Shown: positions 1 through 11,416, numbered from the stretch's first letter. The stretch: 64,000 nucleotides of DNA from Catajapyx aquilonaris (GCA_000934665.2 JYFJ02001961.1:1-64000), one strand, 5' to 3'. Translations and numbers: made by a program. Notes: generated from the sequence alone by a model not told the origin.

Positions 1-253
1 CATAACGAAAATGTTCAACTTACCAGGTGTTCACTGTAGTCAGGTGGATTATTTGACAAGGGGGAAGAAATCTGGTGACACATTCTGCTGTGCAAAAATT
101 TTTTGCAATAAATGACTTAGGTACTTTTACCTGTTCAAATGACAAAATGTAGGTAATTACTACATGAATCCATTTATTTCCAGGCCAAAATACTACATTT
201 CACCATGTTGACTTTACTATATCAAATGGCAACATACAGTCATGCCAGTTGCA

Positions 254-852
254 TCATTGCATACCAATTACCCAATCATTGTTGCATAAAACTGACAGTT
301 CCGGACTTCTGCTGGACAATATATAGGCTAACAGCTGCTTGACAGCATTACTTTTAGTTGGTTTCAAAGGCTTGAAACCCTCCTCTGCCTTCAAACTTTT
401 GTTGTAATTGATAAGACTTGAGAGTCCTACTCCTCGTTTCAATATGACTGCCACATCTGTGTATGGACCAGTCATTGTAGGTCTTGACACTGGCCTTTTA
501 CCCTTGGGGAAATGGATGCTTCTAATTTTCTGCAATCCTGGCATGGTAGGCAATAGTAGGTCATCCAGGACTTCCTTATGATTCTCCACTGAAACCACTG
601 TGTGTGTGTCTTTCTGTAGGTTTGATGTCAGTGGGTGTTTGACATAGCGTTCCTGAAACTTTGAAGGCTTTACATTTACGCCCACTTGATTGGGAAAAAC
701 TGCAATATTTGAGGATTTTGGTTTTTGACTCCCCCGAGGTCAAAAACATATCGAAGACAAAATGAACGGGCATTATGACTGAGTTACGAGGAACACGAAA
801 ATGGCGATGAATTTCCATGGACAGAAAACAAGTTTATTTTTGTTGCATAGTG
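254..852. mobile_element. Decayed DNA-transposon-like fragment
   Basis: 732-852 is similar to 45236-45358 (shared CCCCGAGGTCAAAAACA, GACAAAATGAA, GAGTTACGAG and GTTGCATAGT); a 143-aa minus-strand ORF (254-685) lies next to it and is unassigned. Confidence 0.35.
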
Positions 853-1190
853 TTATTCAAGAGGTTACTTTTGAATAGTTCTACTGTCTAATTTGGTAAA
901 AATTGAGCTTCACTAATATTATCAGGAACAACCTCACTAAAAATTATCGTGATTGGACCCGCCAACGATCTTATACAGGGATCATTTCGAGCTTGACACA
1001 TTACATGCTGGGACCTTTCTGACCGGTTCTGACTCACTGACACTTGAGGTCAGTGGTTTGCCTCATTAGTCCTTCTTGTAATAGTTTTAAAAGATGCACC
1101 AAATCGTCCTAATATTAGCAGCTAATCTTTTGGACAACATCTAATAGTAGCTGTTCAGTCCAAAGTAACGGTTGAAATATAAGTGCGAAA

Positions 1191-1452
1191 AATTGAATGG
1201 GTTAGTGCCATAACGTGCTAAGCCACAAAACCTTCATTCTGAGATATGGGCTTTCAAAAGTTTGGCTTAACATGGCAAATCATACAAAACAAGGAACATT
1301 ATTCGTGATTTTCTCGTGATCTATGGGGAATTTTTCTAACTACGTGATGCCCACTTGTGAAGCACGATGCGATGGTGGGACTTTCAGACACGTGCAAGCT
1401 CAAAAAACACAAAAGTGTGGCTTAGCACGTTATGGCACTAACCCCTTCAATT
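1191..1452. mobile_element. MITE with 37-bp terminal inverted repeats including flanking AATT
   Basis: AATTGAATGGGTTAGTGCCATAACGTGCTAAGCCACA (1191-1227) is the reverse complement of 1416-1452 with one mismatch. Confidence 0.8.
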
Positions 1453-1980
1453 GCTAACTACTATGGACAATTTCGTTGGAACATTCCAGCCAAAACTTAG
1501 GATATTCACGCTGATTCACCTGAATGTTCGAACCCTCGTTTCAACACACTATGTGAAGAAATGTTATTGACAAGGCGTGCAAGGACGAATGAATGGTGGA
1601 ACATGGGGCACCCTGTTGCTTTAACACATGGTATGTGTCACTGTCTTACTGTCCAAGTGGCCATCTTGAACTTGAAAATTGGCCCCTCCTTTTCTGGGAT
1701 TTTTTTCCTGGTGATACACAATACTGGCATAAGTACAGTGATATGTGGAAATTAACAGCATCATCAAATGTTAAGTATTTCAACCATTTCCCAAACAACA
1801 ATAGAGTGATTTACGATTTTCAGCATCTACATGGCATAGTAGGAAACAGGAAACTGCCACAACGAGTTATGGTCGTCTTCTAAACCAGCCATCCCGGCAC
1901 GAAATTGGCGTCCTGACGTTTACGTTTAGCCCAGCAGGAAAGCGTTCTGGCATTTTAAAAAGAGCATTTCGGGGTCTGGC

Positions 1981-2140
1981 CGTCCATTCTGCAGAATGGA
2001 TGGTTCGAAAAGGAGCATCCTGCAGAATGGACGGTTTGACATAGATCATTCTGCAGAAGGCAGACCATTCTGCAGAATGGACGGTTTGACATGGAGCCTT
2101 CTGCAGAAGGCAGACCATTCTGCAGAATGGACGGTTTTTT
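1981..2140. repeat. 50-bp-period minisatellite built from CCATTCTGCAGAATGG palindromes
   Basis: Perfect palindromes at 1984, 2065 and 2115; TGCAGAATGG copies end at 2030, 2080 and 2130. Confidence 0.85.
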
Positions 2141-2654
2141 CGCTCAATGGCCGTTTTCGGGGTTTGAGCCTAACATAACTACACAAACTTGGAGCTAGCT
2201 GCTTTTGCATGAAACAAACCCATTTCATAGCTTGGATTTAGCTGTTTTTGCTTATAGGACACGCATATTTGGAGCCATTTTACACCCATTTTTATGTGGC
2301 TGTGCTACGTGTGCGCTACACCACATACCTACTAGGTAGAGGACATGGAGAATCCAATGCAACTTCAAACTCATTTTTTCCCACTGTCGGAGATAGCTGA
2401 TTTTGCTTAGGAGCTCCTCTTATTTACTGACACTTGCTGATACTGTACTAGTGTTGCGGAACACTACTGCAAAAACCTGGCAAAAACAGTTTTAGCGTGC
2501 TTCCAGGAACCATTATTTCCCCGGTGGGATTAGACCACCATATCGTGACTTTCATCGCCTAATTAAGTTAAGGGTCTGCGGAAAGGCTACAAATAGCATG
2601 TACAGAAAGCGGGTGTATAGGTGAACGCTCGCGTGGTAACATCAAGATCGCGAG

Positions 2655-2660
2655 TCAGTT
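2655..2660 (+). promoter_or_regulatory. Candidate Initiator (TCAGTT) of the IR gene
   Basis: Exact TCAKTY match about 35 nt upstream of the IR ATG; short motif, supported by position only. Confidence 0.3.
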
Positions 2661-2690
2661 TGCAGGCGACTGTTCATCTGGACAGCAGTG

Positions 2691-2850
2691 ATGAGTGGAC
2701 ACGGGTCGTATGTGGGGCTGATCATTCTGATGCTATTCTGTTGCACATCTGCAGTGTCTCAGAATGAGTGCGACAGAGTTACCAAGTTTGTTGTGGACAC
2801 GGTGCAATTTTTCAACCTAAAACATTTGGTACTCATACTTGGAGAGCAAG
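2691..2850 (+). CDS. IR exon 1 (signal peptide)
   Basis: ATG at 2691; hydrophobic VGLIILMLFCCTSAVS; donor AAG|GTATGA, phase 1. Confidence 0.75.
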
Positions 2851-5800
2851 GTATGATGCTATTTACTAGCATATGATGGCGTTGTGTGATATTTGTTGCC
2901 CTTGGCAGAGGAACCGGTGTCTCAGTGCGCTTTGAGAGGATGCATAAGCCGCTACATGGCGTCCAAAATGGTGTATTTAACCTTTTTGAGACGGATGGAG
3001 GACATCGGTCAGCTTCTGAAGACATTATCCATATTTGGAAACAGGATCACTATTCTGTCGTTTCAAAACATCAACCATGTTTTGAGAGTACTTACTGACA
3101 TCGAATCTCCTCTGTACCAGCTGCCGCTCAAGGTAACATTACAATTTTATGTTGCAGCACCTGTTCATGCAAGTTTATAAGTAGATGACGCAGTTGGTTA
3201 CGCACGTCACAATATTGAACTTAGAGTACATTATGAAAACGAACGGTTTTCTACACGCTACTCAATAGTTTTGTAAACAGAGAGGCCAACAAGGATTTCT
3301 ATAGCCTGTAACAGGATCAATTTATTGCCCGTCAAGAAGGAGGTAATACCCTTATTGTACACACTCCCCATCGGTGGCAGTCGTTGACCTGTTTCACTCT
3401 CGTTAAAAGTGTGGTAATTTCTGACATATTTATGCACCCCAATCTAGTTTAGCGGTGGACTGAACAAACACTCAAAGACAAAAGAGTGGGTTAGGCATTT
3501 TCTGCCATCCGCTTCATTAGTGGAAAAGCATATACGTGACCAATATTTTGATCCATTTAATATTTTAGTCGCATTGCCCACATTTCTTTTCGTCCTTTGA
3601 AATCTTCCATGACAACAACGTAACTCGCCTGAAGTTTCTAGCACGCAGACATTTAATATTGAACACTTTTTCCACATCGACAAGATTTATCGCTTATAAA
3701 ATTATTTCCCAGTAAATCTAATTAAAAATGTGTTAAGAAGTTGGACAGCAGGAAACACATTTCTAACGTACAGTACAGTACATACACCAAATACCAAGCA
3801 AATTTCATCAATAAATAATAAATATAAAATGAAGCACGAGAGCGAGTCGTGTTTGCCATTTCCTGCTAGTTTATTATGCTCTCGAGATCCATTGTGTTGA
3901 AGCGCCTAAATTTATAAACGCAATCTACAAGTCGGTATTGCGTGCCGTATACTTCTAAATAATACTGCATGCGCCATTATCTCCATACACTCCACCCATT
4001 GATATTTTCATTTTTGAATTATGAGGATGAGCACCAACATGGTCTGGCACTGGCGAGTTCCAACAGGTGGATTCTGGTTGTTCCTGAAGAAGTGCATTTA
4101 GACCGGAGTCTGGCCGACGGCACTCCTGCATTTGCTGACAGTGATGTTTGCATCGCACGAGTCTCCCAAAGATTTGGACATGTTTTGGTAAACTGGTCCA
4201 TCCATCTCATCTGTCATTCTTTGCTTAGCAGGACAGAATTTTATGGAGTGACCGGGGAGATGGACAAATATTATGATCGGACGATTTGTGCTGACACTAA
4301 ATGACTGAATACTTGTGTTGCAGTTGGAGGATTTGTATAGAGTGTGCGAAACTTGTCCGGCACGTTTTTTCACTTTGGGAAACTGGACAGTGCTCAACGG
4401 ATGGAGTATGCAGGTGTTTGATAAGTACTTGACCAGAAAGAACCTGGAAGGAGCGGTTGTGAAGACGGTGGGGGTTACTGTGAGTACGCATATTTTTAGA
4501 GCAATAGTTTAGTTTCAGGTCTGGAATTTTACCGGATTTTTTTTGAGGATAATCATCGCTTTAGTTCGCCTTGACATAGTGTATGACACAGTGAGACCAG
4601 CATAACACATAGCAATCAGTTATACAACCAAGGATCTCGATGAAAGATACCTATATAGACAGCTATACAGTACTGTAGTTGCATTTTATAGCAAACTAAG
4701 TCACTCTATTTATATTAGACTATGTTATTTATTATTTACTGCACAAACTAATTTTTCTGTCCATTAGGTGACTCCATTTTATGCCTCTTACGAGAAGGAC
4801 CGAATAACTGGAGGCTTATTTGGAAACTTGATGTTGCTACTTAGCCAGGAGCTCAATTTTACGTATGTTTATGCGGCTGTTGTTAATGGCCTCGAGAGTT
4901 ATTCTCGAAGTGTACTATATCGCTCAAAACCATAGAGACGATTTTGCATTTGATTCAAGTGCAGGCTGCACGTGAGTCAAATGCAAAATCGTCTCTATGT
5001 TTTTGAGCGATATAGTACATCTTTATGTAAATGTAGGCCTATGTGAAATGTGTTAAGTTATGTGAAAAATAAATCTTCAAGGTACCAAGCCACTGTTCTG
5101 CAAGGGTATCAGTTTGGAAAGTTTCAAAACGGAAATTGGACTGGAATGATTGGGAAACTGCACCGAGGAGAGGTGGACGTGACTTCTAACGAGCTTTCCG
5201 TCAGCGTAGAAAGAGTTGGAATCGTGGATTACACACAGACCATCCTTTATATCAGGTTGTCGTTAGTTGTAACTGTTTATGTTGAATTTTATAACAATCG
5301 GAGGAATTTAATGATAATTATTGCACCTTATTGAACCTGACTGATGGCCGTTATTTATTTATTGCAGTCGCAGAATGTACTTATCCACCAGAGGTTTATG
5401 GGAAACCAAATGGTGGTACTATGCAGATCCGATGTCACCCATTCTGTTCATGTGCACTATTCTGCTTCTCTTGGCCATAGCTACAGGAATGTGGATGGCC
5501 GACAGGTACTCCCGTATCAGCACCTCACAAGAACAAGACACCCGTCCACTTAATTTGCCTGACAGCTTCTTCAGCATGGTTTCAGCCTTATGTCAAACAG
5601 GTGGGTAGTAACCATCTTTTTTTGTTTCATCTCGTGTCCCACATGTAAACAAGAGGGTATGTTCCGCATAATCCCAGCCAAACTAACTAATCACATCCCA
5701 CACAGGTTCAGCGCTTTTGCCATGTAGCCTACAAGGTCGCTTTGTGTTCTGGCTGGGCGCCTTATCTTTTCTAATCATCTTCACTGGATACTCAGCCACT

Positions 5801-7625
5801 TTGACCTCGCATTTGGCAGTAGCATTGAGACCAGCGTTGCCCTTTTACGACTTGGCCGGTTTGGTGCAAAAGGGTGACTGGAAAGCAGGTCCCATCAAGG
5901 GTGACCTGGCCAACATAGCTATGGAGGTATTACCGGGTACTGACATCACAATGGTATTGAAACTATAACAATTAAAAGCTAATGACGTCAGTACCCAGCA
6001 GTAGGTGACCATCGTGAGAGTTTTGCAGGCAACTCACGGCTCATAAATTCACGTTTCAGAGTGTGTGCCCACATTACCGAGACTCTTCGCAAGAATGCTA
6101 CTGGATGGTGGAGTTGTGGCAGCGTATAGTCAGCAGAGATGAGAGGAACATGGTGGGTTCATATAAAGCGGGAATCGAGAAGTTACTTTTAGACAAGTAC
6201 GTGTTTATGGCGGTGAAAGATGGCGTGCGCTACCACCTGGAGGCACTCCCGGAGGACGACCGATGCGCCGTGGCCGAGTTGGAGCCGGACTATTTGATTG
6301 GAGGATTGGCTTTCGCTACCCGCCGAAATTGGCCGTTGCGAAAGCTCTTCAACACGGCGTAAGTCACTAACTCACTACACTTCCAAAAATGATAGTTAAG
6401 TTAATATAATTTGCAGCTGGAAGTTAGAGTGCATGCTATAGATATAGCACATCATATAAGTAACTTTCAACGTTCAATATTAGCTACACTATTACGCACT
6501 CTATAGTGTACACAAGATGTTTGGAAAATATCGGAAAATATGATGTATACTACGTAATACTGCAGGCGAATGGCGAATGGAAAAGTCACTTAGCATTTTG
6601 TGGGGAAAAAGTACGGCAAAGATTGGGCAAAAAGGTTCTAACGTCTATAAACAGTGAATTCTATGCAGATTCTATGTCCGGTAAAGACGGATAAACCGCT
6701 CACTGCCCCAGTCTGACACATGATTAGGTATCAACATGCTCCATTAGTATACGAATAACTCAGGTGAGACTGTTCACTGCTACTCATTTAGTAGGGTTAC
6801 ATTTTAAAAAGCCCAAACAAAAATCTCGATTATTGCCGTAACAGCGATGTGTGAATTAAGAACGGTGTTCTACACCTGTGGTATCGCGCACGTAGACTCT
6901 AATATTTTAAACACCATGTATATTATTTTGCTTTATTTGCCTGCCTCCCTCACTCCTAAAATATTCACATCTTCTATACCGTACTGGACACTCCAAAAAA
7001 GGTGCTTTACGAATTATGTGCCACCATTGCGTTTGAGAATATTGAGATTGTGCTTATCATGAATAACATGACTATCTACTCCTGGCGCTATTTAAGCTCC
7101 TCTCTCACGCAGAATTCTGAAGATGAGGGAATTAGGACTGGAAAACTACCTCCGACAAAAGTGGCTGCCCAAAGTGCGACCATGCCTAAACCTCAACGGT
7201 ACCGAGATTGTGGCTACATTTGAAGAAGTCCTCTTCCTCGTACTTCTTCTTACGGTCGGAATCATCGGCAGCGTCATCCTGCTTTTCGTGGAAAGAATGG
7301 TACTGTTAACTACCAATGCACATCGAAACCTATCCGTCAGCAACGGCATATTAATTTTGAGCCACCCTGTAAGCTTATATCTTCTTAGGTTATACGATCT
7401 GAGATTCAAAGTGGTTGGGCTGTCGAGGAAATTGACACAGAGTGGTGTAGATGGCACAGAGAACCTGCCAACTGCCGTTTGCATCGACGGAGATCATTTG
7501 TCCCCAGACGTGATGAATGTGTTTATTTCTTGCAGATTCGACAGCCACAGTTCCACCGTCGTCCTGGCCATCACCGACCCGACTTTTTCCACGACAAAAT
7601 TCAAGCCAGGCCCCTCACCAGTTGA
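2691..7625 (+). CDS. Ionotropic receptor (IR / variant iGluR), 11 exons, about 666 aa
   Basis: Exons 2691-2850, 2909-3132, 4026-4187, 4324-4479, 4768-4862, 5082-5255, 5368-5600, 5706-5926, 6060-6358, 7113-7299 and 7536-7625 join through GT-AG introns in consistent phase (sum 2001 nt). Motifs: signal peptide, S1 (GNWTGMIGKLHRGEVD...VERVGIVDYT), M1, pore (ALCQTG), M2 (IIFTGYSATLTSHLA), S2 (GLAFATRRNWPLRKLFN...LKMRELGL...KW) and M3. The exon 3 acceptor and the last exon are less certain. Confidence 0.9.
2909..3132 (+). CDS. IR exon 2
   Basis: CAG acceptor after a 58-nt intron; phase matches exon 1; donor AAG|GTAACA. Confidence 0.7.
4026..4187 (+). CDS. IR exon 3 (5' boundary uncertain)
   Basis: RWILVVPE...DSDVCIARV resembles IR N-terminal regions; donor TTG|GTAAAC; the nearest phase-0 acceptors are GAG (before 4026 or 4032). 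Confidence 0.55.
4324..4479 (+). CDS. IR exon 4
   Basis: TTGCAG acceptor; LEDLYRV...LGNWT...RKNLEGAVVKTVGV; donor ACT|GTGAGT. Confidence 0.85.
4768..4862 (+). CDS. IR exon 5 (start of S1; absent from the ORF track)
   Basis: TAG acceptor; VTPFYASYEKDRITGGLFGNLMLLLSQELNFT; donor AC|GTATGT, phase 2. Confidence 0.85.
4911..5019. repeat. 109-bp palindromic element in IR intron 5
   Basis: 54-bp arms with 3 mismatches and a 1-nt centre; ends GTA|CTAT...ATAG|TAC. Confidence 0.9.
5082..5255 (+). CDS. IR exon 6 (S1 ligand-binding lobe)
   Basis: FGKFQNGNWTGMIGKLHRGEVDV...SVERVGIVDYTQT; phase 2 at both ends. Confidence 0.9.
5368..5600 (+). CDS. IR exon 7 (M1 and pore helix)
   Basis: TTGCAG acceptor (alternative in-phase CAG 6 nt downstream); hydrophobic M1; DSFFSMVSALCQT; donor CAG|GTGGGT. 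Confidence 0.88.
5706..5926 (+). CDS. IR exon 8 (M2, start of S2)
   Basis: GRFVFWLGALSFLIIFTGYSATLTSHLA (YTANLAAFLT-type motif); donor GAG|GTATTA. Confidence 0.9.
6060..6358 (+). CDS. IR exon 9 (S2)
   Basis: TTTCAG acceptor; GIEKLLLDKYVFM...C...GLAFATRRNWPLRKLFN; donor GC|GTAAGT. Confidence 0.9.
7113..7299 (+). CDS. IR exon 10 (end of S2 and M3)
   Basis: CGCAG acceptor, phase 2; ILKMRELGLENYLRQKW...C...FLVLLLTVGIIGSVILLFVE. Confidence 0.88.
7536..7625 (+). CDS. IR probable terminal exon
   Basis: Strong TTTATTTCTTGCAG acceptor; phase 0 gives IRQPQFHRRPGHHRPDFFHDKIQARPLTS*. Confidence 0.6.
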   Translation: MRQPQFHRRPGHHRPDFFHDKIQARPLTS

Positions 7626-9784
7626 AAAATGGTATCACGCGAGAGTGTCATGGACTCTCAGTTTTTGGACAAGTATTTGTGACTGATTGGCTTGTTGTGT
7701 TCGGTAACATTGCTGGGTGTTTACTTTGAAATAGTTGCACATCCGTTTTTCTTCCAGAGTCGGCCATTTATTATCGGATTATATGAGTTCTGTAACCTCT
7801 TGAGGTCAAAAAAGGTGATGCTGACCAATGCTCATCTCTGGTCATCATCTCGTATTGCTTCATTGAACATCAATTTTTTTAGGTCACGGGTGGACACTCG
7901 AAAGGTTGTAGGCTATGACAGGAGCAATGGACAGCAACAATACGAGCTTGATAGCGCTAAAGAAAATTATTGTTATAGAGTTGCACAATTGCAGGATAAA
8001 TAACCATTTAATATACCGTATATTATTAGCTTCTCCAATTTCATCACTGACTATCCTTTTTATATTAAGATAATGTCGTGATGGCTGTAAATATGTGCAT
8101 GTAGAAATTAGCAATTTTGATACATAACTTATAAAATAATATGTTGTTACCTCGGATTTTGCCTATTTTTAGTAGGGAAAAGTCCATTTCTGGTTGTGCG
8201 AGAGGTCTTTTAGAGTTCACCTTGAAATATAGTCCAGAACGTAACATCCTTTTCTAATATGTAGCTGTATAGGAGTGTAAGGGTTTAGTATAATAATTCT
8301 TCTGCAGCCGTCCAGGATAATAACATGTTAGTTATGGTAGCAATTTTTTTCCAAGCATGGATATTGGTACAGGAGAATATTATTTTGCCCGTATTATTAG
8401 AAAAATTACAGTTCTATAGTAACCATATTACGAAGCAGTAGTTATGCTCCCGGATAATAATCCTAATTATCATGAGGAACTAGAAATGTTTTATACGCTC
8501 AAGAATTCCAGAAGTTACTCGTCACAAACACTCCTGTTTATGTACTGTACAATTACAGGTCAGTATATACGGAAGAAACTCGAAAACAATTAGAGGTAAC
8601 TTCCAAGTTCCCCTGTAGGCTACTCAAGGTCTTTTGTTATTCAGCATGGTGCAAAAGACCGGACAATAACTCTTGCCCGGTATTGATATCCTACGTGGAT
8701 ATAGTATCTTGGTATAACCTCATTCCCACGAATTCTCCCCACTTGCACCCTTGATGATATTTTTTAACTGACTAAAACTGGTAGTCACATAGCTCTTTTC
8801 CATTTCACAAGACGGGTGTTCCCAAAATAACCGATTAGGACGGTGACAGATTTGCACAAGTTTTGCATATATGCAAATCAGCAGTATCGGTACAGCTTGC
8901 GAGGATCAACCACCTTCATTCAGTATTCGACCGACATCCTAGGGCAAGGACGAATGAATAAGTGATATCATGTTATCAATCACCAGGGTCCTCATACTGA
9001 TTACACTAGTGGGGGGTGAGGGAGGGGTAGTTTTGCACACAAAAAAAAATCCGCGCTCGTGGCAATGATTCTCGACATCAGAAATGTGAATGAGAATCTA
9101 GAAAAGGTCAAGAGGAAATACGCGGATACTATCTTCGTTGCTTCATTCATATCTTTCCGTGACTTTTCCCCTGTCTGTCTCAGTCCTCCTTGTTGGTGTC
9201 ACCGTGTCCGAGAATAACACAAGATCATGTAATTTTGTTCATTTTCACCTTCAAATTTTTAATTCCGGTTTGGAGTCCAGACCGATACTGTATGCGCATG
9301 GGAACAATCGTGAATGGGAGTGTAGTGCCGGAATATGTTATTCAAAATATTTGTCAATTGATTGCAAATGAGTGTGTAAAAAAGGATTCGCTTTCAATGG
9401 GAATGCTACAATCAGTTAAATAAAGAGTATAAGTCATGTACTTTTTAGTTAAATGGACATAGGGATATTCTCATACTGCGGGGGGTTAAGCTTCCTGCAT
9501 GCGTGGTGTAGAAACATAAGTGCATAATATGGATTCCAGGTGATAACTCAATTACGACCCATTTGAGGGTTATCACCTTCTACTCCCGAACCCTTCAATT
9601 ATGATAGATGTAACAGTGTGTAATGGGTTACGTTATGGTTTTTCTTGCTTTTGGTAATTCTGTGTAGTCAACCAGGTGAAGACTTAGCTCTGGAAATAGT
9701 GTTTGCCGAAACAACGCAATCATAATGCAATCTTAGGTGATTCATCATTGGGTAAGTACTGTAGCCTACCTACCTGTATACCAA

Positions 9785-10220
9785 GGCAGTATAATCTAGT
9801 TTGTTAGTTTGTCATTTGGAAGGTCCAGGTTCGATCCCCCGTGCCGACCATCCTCACTTTGGCATTATTCTTTGTACTCTGCCCAGGGGCGGATCCCGAA
9901 ATTTTGTGTGTGTGTGTGTGTGGGGGGGGGGGGGGGAACAGGGTCACAACCCTTCCTCGCGACCCCAAATTTGGGCAAAAAGGAAAAGAACCCCTAGAAC
10001 AGTGCAATATTATTTTGCACTGTTCTAGAGGGTTTTTGCGAGTTTCCCCCCGTTTTCCCCCCGTTTCTTTTCCTCTGGGGGAGCTCTGGGGGGGGGGGGG
10101 CACGTGCCCCCGTGCCCCCCCCTCCCCCTAAAACCGCCACTGACTCTGCCTATCACCTCTAGGGAGGACAATTCCGGCATATGGCTTACTTCCAAAGGCC
10201 ACAACCGCTTCCTACCCTCA
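9785..10220 (+). mobile_element. Degenerate tRNA-derived SINE interrupted by a hAT-type MITE
   Basis: B-box GGTTCGATCCC near 9828; 3' part AATTCCGG...AGGCCACAACCGCTTCCT matches the SINEs at 11.1 and 20.5 kb. Confidence 0.6.
9884..10142. mobile_element. hAT-type MITE with 8-bp target-site duplication
   Basis: Termini CAGGGGCGG...CCGCCACTG; direct repeat ACTCTGCC at 9876-9883 and 10143-10150. Confidence 0.88.
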
Positions 10221-11058
10221 TCTTAAAATAGATCCAAAATAATGAAATAAAGTGAATAAAAAATCATTGTAAGCTTAGTAGTAGGCCTACTTCTGACATG
10301 GTTCATTTCCCAATAATTGCATTCCCATTATAATGGGATGAAATTTGAAAATATTATTATTGAGTAGGGCGAGTAGTATAAACTCAAATTAAGGAAAAAA
10401 ATATCCGATTGTGCTGTGAATATTGTGAATTAGCTTAAACCTAATTATGCAATCATACTAGCCGGCTGTATCAACTGGAAGATCCCATCTCTGATTATTA
10501 TAACTTGTGAAGACCTAATCAGAGATTTTTTTGTGGTGATACAACTAGTCCTCAGTAACTGGTTTGTTGATTTGGCTATATTACAGATTGGCATAAGAGG
10601 CATCATTAGCACACAATATCCCACAGTGTTGCTCTTTTCAATTGGAGGCACTGCTGCTGGATAAATATATGGTGGTTCAATAAAGTACATTACCTGCATG
10701 GCTCTTTACAAATCACCCAAGAGATAGTTTTATTGACTTTTTTTTGCTTGGCTCTAGGTGAAACTGATACGGGATGTTTTTAATGAACCCGCTGATGGTG
10801 CAATTCACTATCGTCATAGTTATGACTCCCATTAATATTAGCTACTTTTCATGGGCAAATATCGAGAAGGGTACATTATTTTTACTGGATCAAATGGGAA
10901 GTGATGTAACTTTGCCTATACTTGTATTATTTCAATAGGGGGCAATGCAGGGCCGGTGAATTACTGATGGCCACCTTATAATTATACCGTATGTTTTATG
11001 ATATTATAATAATGGATACCCCGTGATAAGCCTCCTTGGGCTTTTTAGGGGATCATAT

Positions 11059-11350
11059 AATAATAATAATTCATACCCCGTTATCAGCCATCGGCTCTTT
11101 AGGAGGGAAGTTTGTTTTGCCTGGAACTCTTTGCTTTTCATTTTACTGTGCTCTTTGGGATAGGATAGGGACGGAAGGAAGCGGCTGTGGCCTATAAATT
11201 ACGGAAGCAACTCCGGAATTTCCCTGGAAGGACCGTGGGAAACCACAGAAAACCACGGTTCCTCTCGAGTGATCGCCGGCCCCGGGATTCGAACCCAGGA
11301 CCTCCCGATTAGCAGTCGGACGCCTTATCCACTATGCCGACCTGCTTCGG
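11059..11350 (-). mobile_element. tRNA-derived SINE with 17-bp TSD and (ATT)n tail
   Basis: Minus-strand head TAGTGGATAAGGCGTCCGACTGCTAATCGGGAGGTCCTGGGTTCGAATCCC; TTTTTAGGGGATCATAT at 11042-11058 and 11351-11367. Confidence 0.9.
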
Positions 11351-11416
11351 TTTTTAGGGGATCATATTTTAATTGACCGACTTCAATCATTGCATTTACT
11401 GTGGTGGATTTTGATA

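Noticed and set aside
1981..2140. CRISPR-like array of palindromic repeats
   Set aside because: Intervening sequences are themselves repeated, the context is eukaryotic and there are no cas genes
10440..10800. Possible decayed LINE reverse-transcriptase remnant on the minus strand
   Set aside because: Only vague similarity (PVSVSP...VNKTISW) with stops; needs a translated search
11270..11350. tRNA gene calls (also near 9830, 11520, 20810 and 21390)
   Set aside because: No complete acceptor stem; heads continue into SINE bodies, two of them with tails and TSDs
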